Assembly (NCBI RefSeq): GCF_032116555.1
Contig: NZ_CP134949.1
Location: 1,488,001 to 1,552,000 of the forward strand
Direction of reading: 5' to 3'
From: Halorarum halobium
Lineage (GTDB): Archaea; Halobacteriota; Halobacteria; Halobacteriales; Haloferacaceae
Length of the DNA stretch: 64,000 nt
The translations under genes and the position numbers were made by a program. The notes beneath the pieces are model-generated. The model saw only the letters and a list, made by a program, of their open reading frames with translations, was not told where the DNA came from and searched no databases. Shown piece after piece: positions 1 through 8,970 of this stretch. Numbering within the stretch: the first letter of the stretch is position 1; every line of letters starts with the position of its first letter.

Positions 1-164
1 CCGAGCGTCGCGGAGGTGACCGCGAGTTCGACGGGGCCGAGGCTGATGACGTCGAACGCGTCGAGCCAGACCGGGATGAAGATGGGGATGGAGAGCTCGT
101 AGGTGTGGACCATCCCGTGGGCCAGCATGACGAGCGCGACGATCGAGCGATCGTTTCGATTCAC
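1..164 (-). CDS. MFS transporter, N-terminal part (runs off the window start)
   Basis: Manual translation from GTG at 164: MNRNDRSIVALVMLAHGMVHTYELSIPIFIPVWLDAF..., a typical haloarchaeal MFS TM1. Not in the ORF track. Confidence 0.8.
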   Translation of the reverse strand, partial: MNRNDRSIVALVMLAHGMVHTYELSIPIFIPVWLDAFDVISLGPVELAVTSATL

Positions 165-328
165 TAGTTCGGCGTGCGGGACTGGCGCACCTGTAAGCGT
201 CGGTTGCGGCACATTGGGGTTCGAAGGTTTAGGTCCGAGCGACTCGATCCCGAGAGGTTTGCCTACCGAATCGTTCGTTATATTACGAAACCCCGAGACG
301 ATGGTGTATCTGTCCGCAGTCACGGAGT

Positions 329-1081
329 ATGTCCGAAAAAATAACCGTAAGGCGGCAAACTCGAGGGACTGATCCACTCGCGGTCTCGATAGTTATTCCG
401 ACGTACAATGAGTCCGAGACCATCGGCTCCGTCGTCAAGGGGGCTATCGCTGCTCTCTCGGGGTATTCGTTCGAGGTCCTTGTTGTCGATGACAGTAGCC
501 CCGACCAGACGGCACAGACAGTCAGACGTGAGTTCGAGAACGACTTTCGTATCACCGTTGTCGAACGCAGTAGTAAGCAGGGCCGTGCGAGCGCGGTGGT
601 AGAGGGGATCGAGCGCTCCGAAGCCGACATCGTTGCTGTACTCGACGGTGACGGCCAGCACCCGCCGGACGTTCTCCCCGAGCTATTCACGAATGTTAAT
701 TCTGGCACATGTTCCGTCGCAGTTGCATCACGGTACCGGGCCGGTTCGGCAGTTCAGTGTTCACTCCCCCGGGAGGCGATCAGTCGGGCCAGTACTCGAC
801 TGGCGAAGATGAGTTGCGAGCAACTCAGGCCGCTTTCGGATCCACTCAGCGGACTGTTCGTTGCCGATAAATCCTGTCTGTTCGACATAGAGATTTCCGG
901 ATACGGACTGAAAATCCTCCCGGAAGTACTCGCACAGGTGGGTAGCGATGCGGTAATCGAGGTCCCCTACCGCTTCGATAGGCGAGCCGCCGGCCGAAGC
1001 ACCGTGTCACTCCGGACCGGCGTCGCGTTTCTCCATCACATACTCCGGGTCGGCCGCGGAAATTTCGGGACAGTAGAGTGA
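329..1081 (+). CDS. GT2 glycosyltransferase, polyprenol-phosphate mannose synthase (DPM1)-like
   Basis: Motifs SIVIPTYNE, VVDDSSPD, DGDGQHPP, SRY, SDPLSG, EVPYRF; lower GC than flanks. Confidence 0.85.
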   Translation: MSEKITVRRQTRGTDPLAVSIVIPTYNESETIGSVVKGAIAALSGYSFEVLVVDDSSPDQTAQTVRREFENDFRITVVERSSKQGRASAVVEGIERSEADIVAVLDGDGQHPPDVLPELFTNVNSGTCSVAVASRYRAGSAVQCSLPREAISRASTRLAKMSCEQLRPLSDPLSGLFVADKSCLFDIEISGYGLKILPEVLAQVGSDAVIEVPYRFDRRAAGRSTVSLRTGVAFLHHILRVGRGNFGTVE

Positions 1082-1603
1082 TTATTCCGGGACCGTAATC
1101 TCCTCGTACCATTCGGAGTGTTTGCCCTGGTGATACGAGACGTAGAGAAAGACGGTAGAACCCAGGATGAGGAGGATCATCCCGCCCCCGCCGAACCACC
1201 ACCAGACGGTGTCGGATACGGACGTCGAAAGCAGCCAGGAGAACGCACCTCCAGCGGTAAATACGCTGGCGACTAACATTCCTTTGGCGTTTTTCGTCAT
1301 ATCCTTCCCCTTCTCGAACACTTCTGAGTCGTTCCGGCTCACGCCACAGGAGAACACCGTGTTCGCTACACTGAAGGTGTGAAACGAGATGGACGTACTC
1401 AGGGTCGCAAGCGTAAATGCGCCGACGACGGAGACGCTCTTGCTGTCGATCAGGAACAGCGCGGACAACGCAACCGAGGCGACAATCTGTATGCTCCCCA
1501 CCGCTACCCATGCCTCCCTTCCACGAAACGTCTCGAGCCGTGAGTAGAAGGCATCGAGTGCGTTTCCCGCACCATCTGACCTGTTAGAGCCTGAATCAGT
1601 CAC
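1082..1603 (-). CDS. Hypothetical membrane protein (about 4 TM)
   Basis: 173-aa ORF with four hydrophobic stretches; its stop codon directly abuts the GT2 stop; low GC. Confidence 0.6.
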   Translation of the reverse strand: MTDSGSNRSDGAGNALDAFYSRLETFRGREAWVAVGSIQIVASVALSALFLIDSKSVSVVGAFTLATLSTSISFHTFSVANTVFSCGVSRNDSEVFEKGKDMTKNAKGMLVASVFTAGGAFSWLLSTSVSDTVWWWFGGGGMILLILGSTVFLYVSYHQGKHSEWYEEITVPE

Positions 1604-1731
1604 GATGAGTACACCTATCGTTTCGGTCCCGAATGCGTAGCTTCATAATTTTTCCTCCCGAAACCGGGGGACTCAGTCGGCGCTTCCGAGGAACGAAACA
1701 CCTAATCCGAGCCCGTCTGTACGCAGTTGCA

Positions 1732-2052
1732 ATGAGCGCGCAGGACTGGCCACACGACCCGGACGGCGAGCAGGGTAGCGAGGGTCGACGCAAGTACGGC
1801 CACGCGGTGCTGGTGAAGAACGTCGACGAGGAGGAGGACTTCCCGCTTCGGGCCGGCGACTACGCCGAGGAGTACGGTGACTACCCGGTTCGGCTCGACG
1901 CCGACACCGTCGTCTCCGTCGAGGACATCTTCGCCGGCATCGACGACGACGAGGTGTACGACGACATCGTCGCGTTCCACAAGGCGGTCGGGGCCGCCAT
2001 GCGCGAACAGGGCTACTGGACCTACGAGGGCGCCGACGCCTTCCTGGAGTAG
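1732..2052 (+). CDS. Conserved haloarchaeal protein (DUF5785-like)
   Basis: MSAQDWPHDPDGEQGSEGRRKYG...EDFPL; acidic; start moved to ATG 1732. Confidence 0.8.
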   Translation: MSAQDWPHDPDGEQGSEGRRKYGHAVLVKNVDEEEDFPLRAGDYAEEYGDYPVRLDADTVVSVEDIFAGIDDDEVYDDIVAFHKAVGAAMREQGYWTYEGADAFLE

Positions 2053-2140
2053 CACTCGACGGCAGGGTCCCGGGGACTCTCCTCCCGTTCGGATCGGTCC
2101 GTGGTCGCGCCCGGCGGATCGACCACGCCGTCCCGGATGC

Positions 2141-2827
2141 TCACTCGACGTCGAGCTGTCCGCCGGTGACGCGTTTTTCGAGCGCGCCACGTTCCCAGGT
2201 GCGCGTCGCGTCGCCGGCGATCTCGTTTTCGATCCGCTCCTCCAGGAGGTTGATCGCCATCGAGTTCGCCCCCTCGGGGATGATGAGGTCGGCGTGTTTC
2301 TTCGTCGGCTCGATGAACTGCTCGTGCATCGGCTTCACCGTCGAGAGGTACTGGTCGATGACGCCCTCGAGGTCGCGGCCCCGGTCCACGACGTCGCGCT
2401 CGATGCGCCGGAGGATGCGCACGTCGGCGTCCGTTTCGACGTAGAGCCGGAGGTCGAGCATGTCGTTGATCCGCTCGTCGTACAGCGCCAGGATCCCCTC
2501 CAGGATGATGACGTCCGTGGGCTCGACCGGGACCGACTCGTCCTTCCGGTTGTGTACCTCGAAGTCGTACTGTGGCATCTCGACCCGCTGGCCGGAGAGC
2601 AGCGTCTCGAGGTGGTCGCGGAGCAACGCCCACTCGAACGCGTCCGGGTGGTCGTAGTTGATCTCCTCGCGCTCGTCGAGGTCGAGGTGCGAGAGGTCCT
2701 CGTAGTAGTTGTCGAGCGGGATTCGCGTCACCGAGTCCACCACGTTCTCGGTAATGAGCCGTGAGACGGTCGTCTTGCCGGCACCGGTACCCCCGGCGAT
2801 GCCGACGACGAACGAGGGGTAGGTCAT
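2141..2827 (-). CDS. udk: Uridine kinase
   Basis: P-loop GIAGGTGAGKTT, NYDHPDAF, ILEGIL, RRIERD, FIEPTK. Confidence 0.95.
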   Translation of the reverse strand: MTYPSFVVGIAGGTGAGKTTVSRLITENVVDSVTRIPLDNYYEDLSHLDLDEREEINYDHPDAFEWALLRDHLETLLSGQRVEMPQYDFEVHNRKDESVPVEPTDVIILEGILALYDERINDMLDLRLYVETDADVRILRRIERDVVDRGRDLEGVIDQYLSTVKPMHEQFIEPTKKHADLIIPEGANSMAINLLEERIENEIAGDATRTWERGALEKRVTGGQLDVE

Positions 2828-3214
2828 CGTCCGATACCGCGGCGCCCGACGGTTTGAACGCATCGTTCGTACTTCGGAGAACGTGCGTATTTTCGGAACT
2901 CGTTCGTTCCCGAGGACCCGTCCGGCCCGCGCCCTCACGACGACGGTGGGTCGTGGCTCGGGTGCAGTCGGACCGTCGGCGTGGGGGACCTCCGAGTGGC
3001 CACGGCCAGGGGGCCCCGGGTGCTGACTGGAGGCCCGTCGCTGACCGACTCACTCGTGACCGGGTTTCGAGCGTTCGATCCCGCTTACTGTTGGAAGAAT
3101 ACCACCACTGTTCGGGCAACCGTCGGAGAACGCACCATACCCCCTGCAAATCGGTAGATGGCTAGTACCATCACATCGGACAACTTTATAACCGGTTGGG
3201 GCATGTTCGACTAT

Positions 3215-4546
3215 ATGGTACGTGATATCGACCGTCGTGACGTGCTGAAGAGCGTCGGAGGCGCTGGCGTCGTCGGCCTCGCCGGCTGTATTACCCAGGA
3301 CGGAAACGGCGGGGACGCGACCCCGACCGAAGGGGACGCCGGCGACGGTGACACGGACGGCGACGCCGAAACCGACACGCCGGAGGACTCGGGCGGCGAG
3401 TCCCGCACCATCAACCACGGCGTGCTGATGCCGGTCACGGGCGACCTCGCGTCGCTCGGCGGCCCGATCCGTGACGGCGCGATCCTCCCGGCGGCGGTGC
3501 TGGAGGACGCGGACATTCCGGTCACGATCGAGCTTCAGGAGGAGGACACCCAGACAGACCCGCAGGCTGGCGTTCAGGCGGCGAGTTCGTTCGCCAGCGC
3601 GGGGACGCCATCCGTCACCGGCGCGGCGTCCTCGGCGGTGAGCCTCCAGGTGTACCAGCAGACGTTCATCCCGAACGGCATCGTCGGCTGTTCGCCGGCC
3701 TCGACGTCCCCGGCGATCACCGACCTCGACGACGACGACCTGATCTACCGGACCTGCCCCTCGGACGCGCTCCAGGGTGAGGTCATGGCACAGGTCGCGA
3801 CCGAGGAGCTCGGCGACTCCTCGGCGTCGGTGCTGTTCCTGAACAACGACTACGGCCAGGCGCTGAAGGACTCGTTCGTCAGCGCGTACGAGAGCGGCGA
3901 CGGTTCGGTTCAGTCCGAGGTCGCCTTCGAACCCGAGCAGTCCTCGTACTCGTCGCCGCTCTCGGAGGTCATGAGCGGCGACCCGTCGCTGCTGGTCGTC
4001 ATCGGCTACCCGGCGTCCGGGATCCAGATCTTCCGTGACTTCTACGCCGACTACGGTACCGAGACCAACATCATGGTCACGGACGGCCTCCGCGACTCGA
4101 CGCTCCCCGACGAGGTCGGCAACGACATGGCGAACGTCTACGGGACGGCCCCGCTCGCGCAGGGCCCCGGCCAGGAGGCGTTCGTCGAGCAGTACGAGAG
4201 CGAGTACGACCGTGCGCCGGGCGTGTTCAACGCCCAGGCGTACGACGCGACCGCCGTCTGCCTGCTCGCCAACGCGGCGGCCGGCGAGAACGACGGCAAC
4301 GCGATCAAGGAGCAGCTGAGGGCCGTGGCGAACCCGAACGACGGGACGGAGATCACCGCCGCGAACCTCGCGGAGGGGATCCGGCTGGCCGCCGAGGGCG
4401 AAGCCGTCTACTACACCGGCGCGTCCTCGAGCGTCGACTTCGACGAGAACGGCGACATGACCGCCGTGACCTACGAGTACTTCCAGTACAACACGGACGT
4501 CGAGAACAACATCGAGACGGTCAGCACGATCGACTTCCAGGCGTAA
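3215..4546 (+). CDS. ABC substrate-binding lipoprotein, LivJ/branched-chain amino acid type, Tat-exported
   Basis: DRRDVLK Tat motif with LAGC lipobox; GAASS, SPASTSP, RTCPSD, NNDYG, AQAYDA; TATA-like CTTTATAA at ~3184. Confidence 0.9.
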   Translation: MVRDIDRRDVLKSVGGAGVVGLAGCITQDGNGGDATPTEGDAGDGDTDGDAETDTPEDSGGESRTINHGVLMPVTGDLASLGGPIRDGAILPAAVLEDADIPVTIELQEEDTQTDPQAGVQAASSFASAGTPSVTGAASSAVSLQVYQQTFIPNGIVGCSPASTSPAITDLDDDDLIYRTCPSDALQGEVMAQVATEELGDSSASVLFLNNDYGQALKDSFVSAYESGDGSVQSEVAFEPEQSSYSSPLSEVMSGDPSLLVVIGYPASGIQIFRDFYADYGTETNIMVTDGLRDSTLPDEVGNDMANVYGTAPLAQGPGQEAFVEQYESEYDRAPGVFNAQAYDATAVCLLANAAAGENDGNAIKEQLRAVANPNDGTEITAANLAEGIRLAAEGEAVYYTGASSSVDFDENGDMTAVTYEYFQYNTDVENNIETVSTIDFQA

Positions 4547-4773
4547 CTCCACCCGCGATCCGAATTTTTCGCCGACCGCCGACACGGGCTCTCACCGTCG
4601 AGCGGCGCGTACGCGCGCCGACCACCCGCGCTCGGCCGTGCCTCGCTCCGTCGATGCGATCTGTGGTCCCCTGGTTCCGTTGCTGGCCTCGTGTCCGTCG
4701 TTCACGGGCTCGTACCGGCAATCGCGCTCGCTACCCTGGGGTTTACGCCCCGGTACTCGTACCCACCCACGAG

Positions 4774-5922
4774 ATGCACGTACTCAGAAACGGGACGGTC
4801 GTGGACGCCGACGGCGTCCGCGAGGCCGACGTCGCCATCGAGGACGGCGACATCGTCGCCGTGGGCGACGTGGGCGACGGCGACGAGGAGACGGACGTGT
4901 CGGGGCAGTTCGTCGCCCCGGGACTCATCGACTGTCACGTCCACCTGATGATGGACGGCCGGCCGGACGTCGCCTCCGCGATCACCGAGAGCGACTTCGA
5001 TCACGCGTACGTGGCCGCCGAGAACCTCCGGGCCGCGGTCGAAGCAGGGGTGACCACGGTCCGCGACCTGGGCGGGACGGGAACCCTCGCGCTCGACGCC
5101 GGCAACGCGGTCGCGGACGGTCGCCTCGTCGGCCCCCGCGTGCTCGCGTGCGGGCAGAACGTGACGATGACCGGCGGTCACGGCCACTGGTTCGGACGCG
5201 AGGCCGACGGTCCGGCGGAGGTCAGACGCGCCGCCCGCGAGCAACTCAAGCGCGGCGCGGACGTGATCAAGTGCATGGCCACCGGCGGCGTCCTCACCGA
5301 GGGAGCCCAGACGGGCGCGCCCGAACTGACCTTCGAGGAGATCGAGGCGGCAGTCGAAGCCGCATCGGCGAAGGGGGTCCCCACCGCCGCGCACGCCCAC
5401 GGGAAGGAGGGCCTGTTGAACGCCGTCGAGGCGGGCATCACGAGCATCGAGCACGGCACGTTCATGGACCGGGAGGCCGCGGCGGCGATGGCCGAGGCGG
5501 ACACCTGGTGGGTCCCGACGGCGTGTGCGGTGTTCAACATCGTCGAGAACCCGGACGCCGGCATCCCCGACTCCGCGATGGCCAAGGCCGAGGCGGCCGT
5601 CGACTCGTTCGTCACCTCGTTCGACCACACCGCCGCCGAGGGCGTCAGGGTCGCCATGGGGACCGACGCCGGGACCCCGTTCAACTACTTCGGTGACATC
5701 CCCCAGGAGATGAGCTACATGGTCGAGTACGGGATGACGCCCGGGGAAGCGCTCGAGGCGGCGACCGTGAACGCCGCCGAACTCTGCGGGCTCGACGACG
5801 TCGGGAGGGTCACGGAGCAGTTCCGCGCGGACCTCGTCGTGCTGGCGGAGAACCCCGCCGAGGACGCCGACGCCTGGGTCGACCCGGCCCACGTGTTCGC
5901 CGACGGCGAGAAGGTCGTCTGA
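4774..5922 (+). CDS. Metal-dependent amidohydrolase (Xaa-Pro dipeptidase-like)
   Basis: PGLIDCHVH, GVTTVRD, IKCMATGG, AHAHG, SIEHG, GTDAG motifs. Confidence 0.9.
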   Translation: MHVLRNGTVVDADGVREADVAIEDGDIVAVGDVGDGDEETDVSGQFVAPGLIDCHVHLMMDGRPDVASAITESDFDHAYVAAENLRAAVEAGVTTVRDLGGTGTLALDAGNAVADGRLVGPRVLACGQNVTMTGGHGHWFGREADGPAEVRRAAREQLKRGADVIKCMATGGVLTEGAQTGAPELTFEEIEAAVEAASAKGVPTAAHAHGKEGLLNAVEAGITSIEHGTFMDREAAAAMAEADTWWVPTACAVFNIVENPDAGIPDSAMAKAEAAVDSFVTSFDHTAAEGVRVAMGTDAGTPFNYFGDIPQEMSYMVEYGMTPGEALEAATVNAAELCGLDDVGRVTEQFRADLVVLAENPAEDADAWVDPAHVFADGEKVV

Positions 5923-5930
5923 GTGAACCG

Positions 5931-5950
5931 GGGTTCAGGATCGAACCCCG
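5931..5950 (+). terminator. Hairpin after the amidohydrolase stop, possible terminator
   Basis: GGGGTTC-AGGATC-GAACCCC inverted repeat about 10 nt past the stop. Confidence 0.35.
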
Positions 5951-6069
5951 TGAGTCGCGGAGTCCATCGGCCGTGCGCGCGCCAATCCGCCACACGGCGG
6001 GGTCGAAGCGACACCGTTTTAATCCGGTCCGCGCTACCTGTGAGTGCACACCGACGCGGTGTGACGGAC

Positions 6070-6144
6070 GCTCTGGTGGTGTAGTCCGGCCAATCATATC
6101 ACCCTCTCACGGTGATGACCGGGGTTCGAATCCCCGCCGGAGCA
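6070..6144 (+). tRNA. tRNA-Glu (CTC)
   Basis: Acceptor GCTCTGG/CCGGAGC; anticodon arm TCACC-CT-CTC-AC-GGTGA; T-loop GTTCGAATC; no encoded CCA. Confidence 0.97.
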
Positions 6145-6183
6145 TTTCTCCTTCGACGGTGCCTCCCGCAGCGGCGGGCGGGC

Positions 6184-6459
6184 TCACGACCGGATCTTCT
6201 CGACGATCTCCTCGGCTCGCTCCCGGGCTTCGTCGTCGTCCTGCACCCCGTCGGTCGGGACCAGCACGGCCTGGACGACCCAGTCGTCGCCCTCCTCCGG
6301 GTGGCCGGTCCGGACCTCGCTGCCTTCCACGACCGACCCGGCCGGCTCCTCGGCCCAGTCCGGCGTTCGGATCGCGTCGAACTCGTCCGGGTCCCGGAAG
6401 CGGACGTGGTAGTAGTCGTCGGTTCGCTCGATCGCTCGGGCGGACGGTGACTCCGACAT
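6184..6459 (-). CDS. Conserved hypothetical protein
   Basis: MSESPSARAIERTDDYYHVRFRDPDEF..IRTPDWA; acidic, host-like codon use. Confidence 0.75.
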   Translation of the reverse strand: MSESPSARAIERTDDYYHVRFRDPDEFDAIRTPDWAEEPAGSVVEGSEVRTGHPEEGDDWVVQAVLVPTDGVQDDDEARERAEEIVEKIRS

Positions 6460-6546
6460 GGTTCCCCCTGGGGCCCGGACGCGCAAGAGGGACGGGCCGA
6501 CATACGCAAGCGCCGCGCGAAAAATGTGGCCGCGACGGGTCGGCGG

Positions 6547-7317
6547 TCAGTACTGCTGGGCTCCCTGCGTTCCCTGGGCCGCCTGCGGGCCAGTGGCTTC
6601 CTGACGCTCCATCGACTCCAGCATCGACCACGTCGAGTCGACGGCGCGCCGCAGGACGCTCGCGCACTCCCGACAGTGGTCCTGCTGGTGTCGAGCGCAC
6701 TCGTTCGCACACTCCTGAGCGACGAGCGCGAACGTCTCGGCCAGTTCGGGACCGAACGGGGAATCCCGGGCCATGAATCGGACGTTCTGCCCCGCGAGAT
6801 CGGCGACGTCGCGGCAGAGCCGAACGCAGGTCGCCATCTCCGGCCCCTCGTCGAGACAGCGGTCGGCACACCACTCGCAGACGTTGCCGGCCTGGACGAA
6901 GTCGTGGAGCGCGAGTCGCATCTCGCCCGTGAGCGACGCCTCGAACTCCTCCGAGACCGCCCTCCCGGGTTCCAGTCCGGCCGATGATCCAGGCTGTCGC
7001 CCCGAGAACTGTGTCTGCTGTGTTTCCCCTTGCTGGCTGGGGAACTGCGTCGGCTGCCTTCCACCTTGCTGGGCGGGCGACCCCGTCGACTGGGCTCCCC
7101 CTTGCTGGGCGGAGGGCCCTTTCTGCTGTGCGTTCGGCTGTTGACCCGAGAACTGGGCCGGCTGTGTGCCCGGCTGCTGGCCCGAGAACTGACCCTGCGC
7201 TCTCGTCGGCTGCTGGTCCGTCCGACCGCCCCGTTGTTCGCGGGGGCCGGCATAACCGGTCGCTCGTCGTCCCCTTTCGCCGGATCCCGCCCGTGGCTGG
7301 ATCTCTGGCTGGGACAT
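6547..7317 (-). CDS. Four-helix-bundle copper-binding (Csp/DUF326-like) domain with a Gln-rich N-terminal extension
   Basis: CEWCADRC, CVRLC, ECANEC and HCREC helices (9 Cys); QFSG(Q/R)QP repeats at the N-terminus. Confidence 0.75.
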   Translation of the reverse strand: MSQPEIQPRAGSGERGRRATGYAGPREQRGGRTDQQPTRAQGQFSGQQPGTQPAQFSGQQPNAQQKGPSAQQGGAQSTGSPAQQGGRQPTQFPSQQGETQQTQFSGRQPGSSAGLEPGRAVSEEFEASLTGEMRLALHDFVQAGNVCEWCADRCLDEGPEMATCVRLCRDVADLAGQNVRFMARDSPFGPELAETFALVAQECANECARHQQDHCRECASVLRRAVDSTWSMLESMERQEATGPQAAQGTQGAQQY

Positions 7318-7318
7318 G

Positions 7319-7564
7319 TTACAGGTCCCGCTTGAGCCGCACTTCGTCGCCGGTGATCGCGTCGATCTTCGATTCGTCGAGCGGATAGTCGTCGTCGTCC
7401 CGGTCGCTCCACCCGAGCTTCGACATGATCCGCTCTGCCATTCCCGGGTCCGGATCGACGTATCCGGTGCCGCCCCTGACGTCCGAAATCATGCCGATCC
7501 TGTCGCCGTTGGCGTTTACCACGCGCTTCCCCTGATCGTCGTCCGAAAGTGTTCGTTGTGCCAT
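7319..7564 (-). CDS. PRC-barrel-like small protein
   Basis: DQGKRVVNANGDRIGMISDV PRC-type pattern; stop lies 1 nt before the next ATG. Confidence 0.7.
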   Translation of the reverse strand: MAQRTLSDDDQGKRVVNANGDRIGMISDVRGGTGYVDPDPGMAERIMSKLGWSDRDDDDYPLDESKIDAITGDEVRLKRDL

Positions 7565-8025
7565 AGTGAGTGTCCTGTCGGTTTCGACGTCCGTGCAGTC
7601 GCAGTGATCGTCTCCCAGTCCGTCGGTTCGAACGGTCGGTCCGATGCTCGCCCGGGGGGAGCCGCCCCGCATCCGGGCGACGTTGGCCCGTCGCCGCTGA
7701 GAGACTTTGTTATAGTTTTCGTAGTCCGGCGACGCCCTGCCGCCGATCCGTCGACGAATCAGTACGAGAGAACTACCCGACACGTCGGTCCCCCGGTCCG
7801 GATCGGCCGGCCGACTCGGAACCACGCCCCACGCTCCCTCCACCGTTCATCGACGGCCGCTCTCGGCGGCTCTCGGTGGCGACAAGCCGAGGTTACCGGC
7901 GGAGTCGGCAGCGGGAGGCTCTCCAGGGTCGACTTACGACGATGGACGGCCACGGTACTGTCTCGTTCCTGAACGGACCCGGGGCGCCGCGAGTACAAAT
8001 TCAGTGGACTTCCGTTCGAATCGGC

Positions 8026-8039
8026 TTGTCCTAGGACAA
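8026..8039. promoter_or_regulatory. Perfect 14-bp palindrome, candidate operator
   Basis: TTGTCCTAGGACAA, about 95 bp upstream of the wHTH regulator gene. Confidence 0.4.
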
Positions 8040-8134
8040 CCAGGATTTTGTGGGGGTCGCCGTACCGTTCGAATTCCCCCGCTGTCGTCGGGGGGACGAA
8101 AAAGTACTTGCACTCGGCTCCCCGACACTGGGCC

Positions 8135-8947
8135 ATGAGTGAACAGGGGATGGACGGGAGCCTCGCCGGCGTCCTGCAGAACAAGCGGGACGCGACGCGC
8201 TATCAGATCCTCGTTCAGATCGCCGAGCGCCAGCCGGCAGTCAGCCAGCAGGAGGTCGCGGACGCGATCGGCATCACCTCACAGGCCGTGAGCGACTACC
8301 TCCAGGGGCTCGTCGAGGACGGCTACGTCCACAAGCACGGTCGCGGCCGCTACGAGGTGACCAAGGAGGGCGTCGACTGGCTCATCACCAGAACCGACGA
8401 ACTCCGCGAGTTCACGGGCCACGTCTCCGAGGACGTCATCGGGCAGGTCGAGATCGACACCGCGCTCGCCACGACCGACGTCGCCGAGGGCGACCCGGTC
8501 GCCATCTCGATGCACGAGGGCGTCCTCCGGGCGGCGGCCGGCGGCGGCGGGACGGTCACGGCCGTCGCCGTCACCGACGCCCGGGCGGGCGAGGACGTGG
8601 GCGTCACCAACTTCGAGGGGGTCCTCGAGTACGATCTGGGGACCGTGACCGTGTTCCCGGTCCCGCTCGTTCAGGACGGCGGGAGCGGCACGGTCGACGC
8701 CGAGGCGGTCGCCGCGGCCGCCGCCGACCACGACCTCGTCGGCGTCGCCGGCACCGAGGCGCTGGCGTTGGCTCGCGCGGCGGACGTGGCTCCCGACATC
8801 CGGTTCGGAACGGCGCTCGGGGTGCAGGAGGCCGCGATGAAGGGACTGGACGTGCTGTTGCTGGCGGCCACGAGCGAGGTGGCCGCACACACCAACAAGC
8901 TCGTCGCCGAGAACATCGGCTACGAGGTCCTCGACGCGACCGACTGA
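8135..8947 (+). CDS. Winged-HTH (MarR-like) transcriptional regulator, conserved archaeal family
   Basis: TRYQILVQIAERQPAVSQQEVADAIGITSQAVSDYLQGLVEDG HTH; GRGRYEVT wing. Confidence 0.85.
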   Translation: MSEQGMDGSLAGVLQNKRDATRYQILVQIAERQPAVSQQEVADAIGITSQAVSDYLQGLVEDGYVHKHGRGRYEVTKEGVDWLITRTDELREFTGHVSEDVIGQVEIDTALATTDVAEGDPVAISMHEGVLRAAAGGGGTVTAVAVTDARAGEDVGVTNFEGVLEYDLGTVTVFPVPLVQDGGSGTVDAEAVAAAAADHDLVGVAGTEALALARAADVAPDIRFGTALGVQEAAMKGLDVLLLAATSEVAAHTNKLVAENIGYEVLDATD

Positions 8948-8970
8948 GGGGCCGGCGCGTTCGGCGGACG

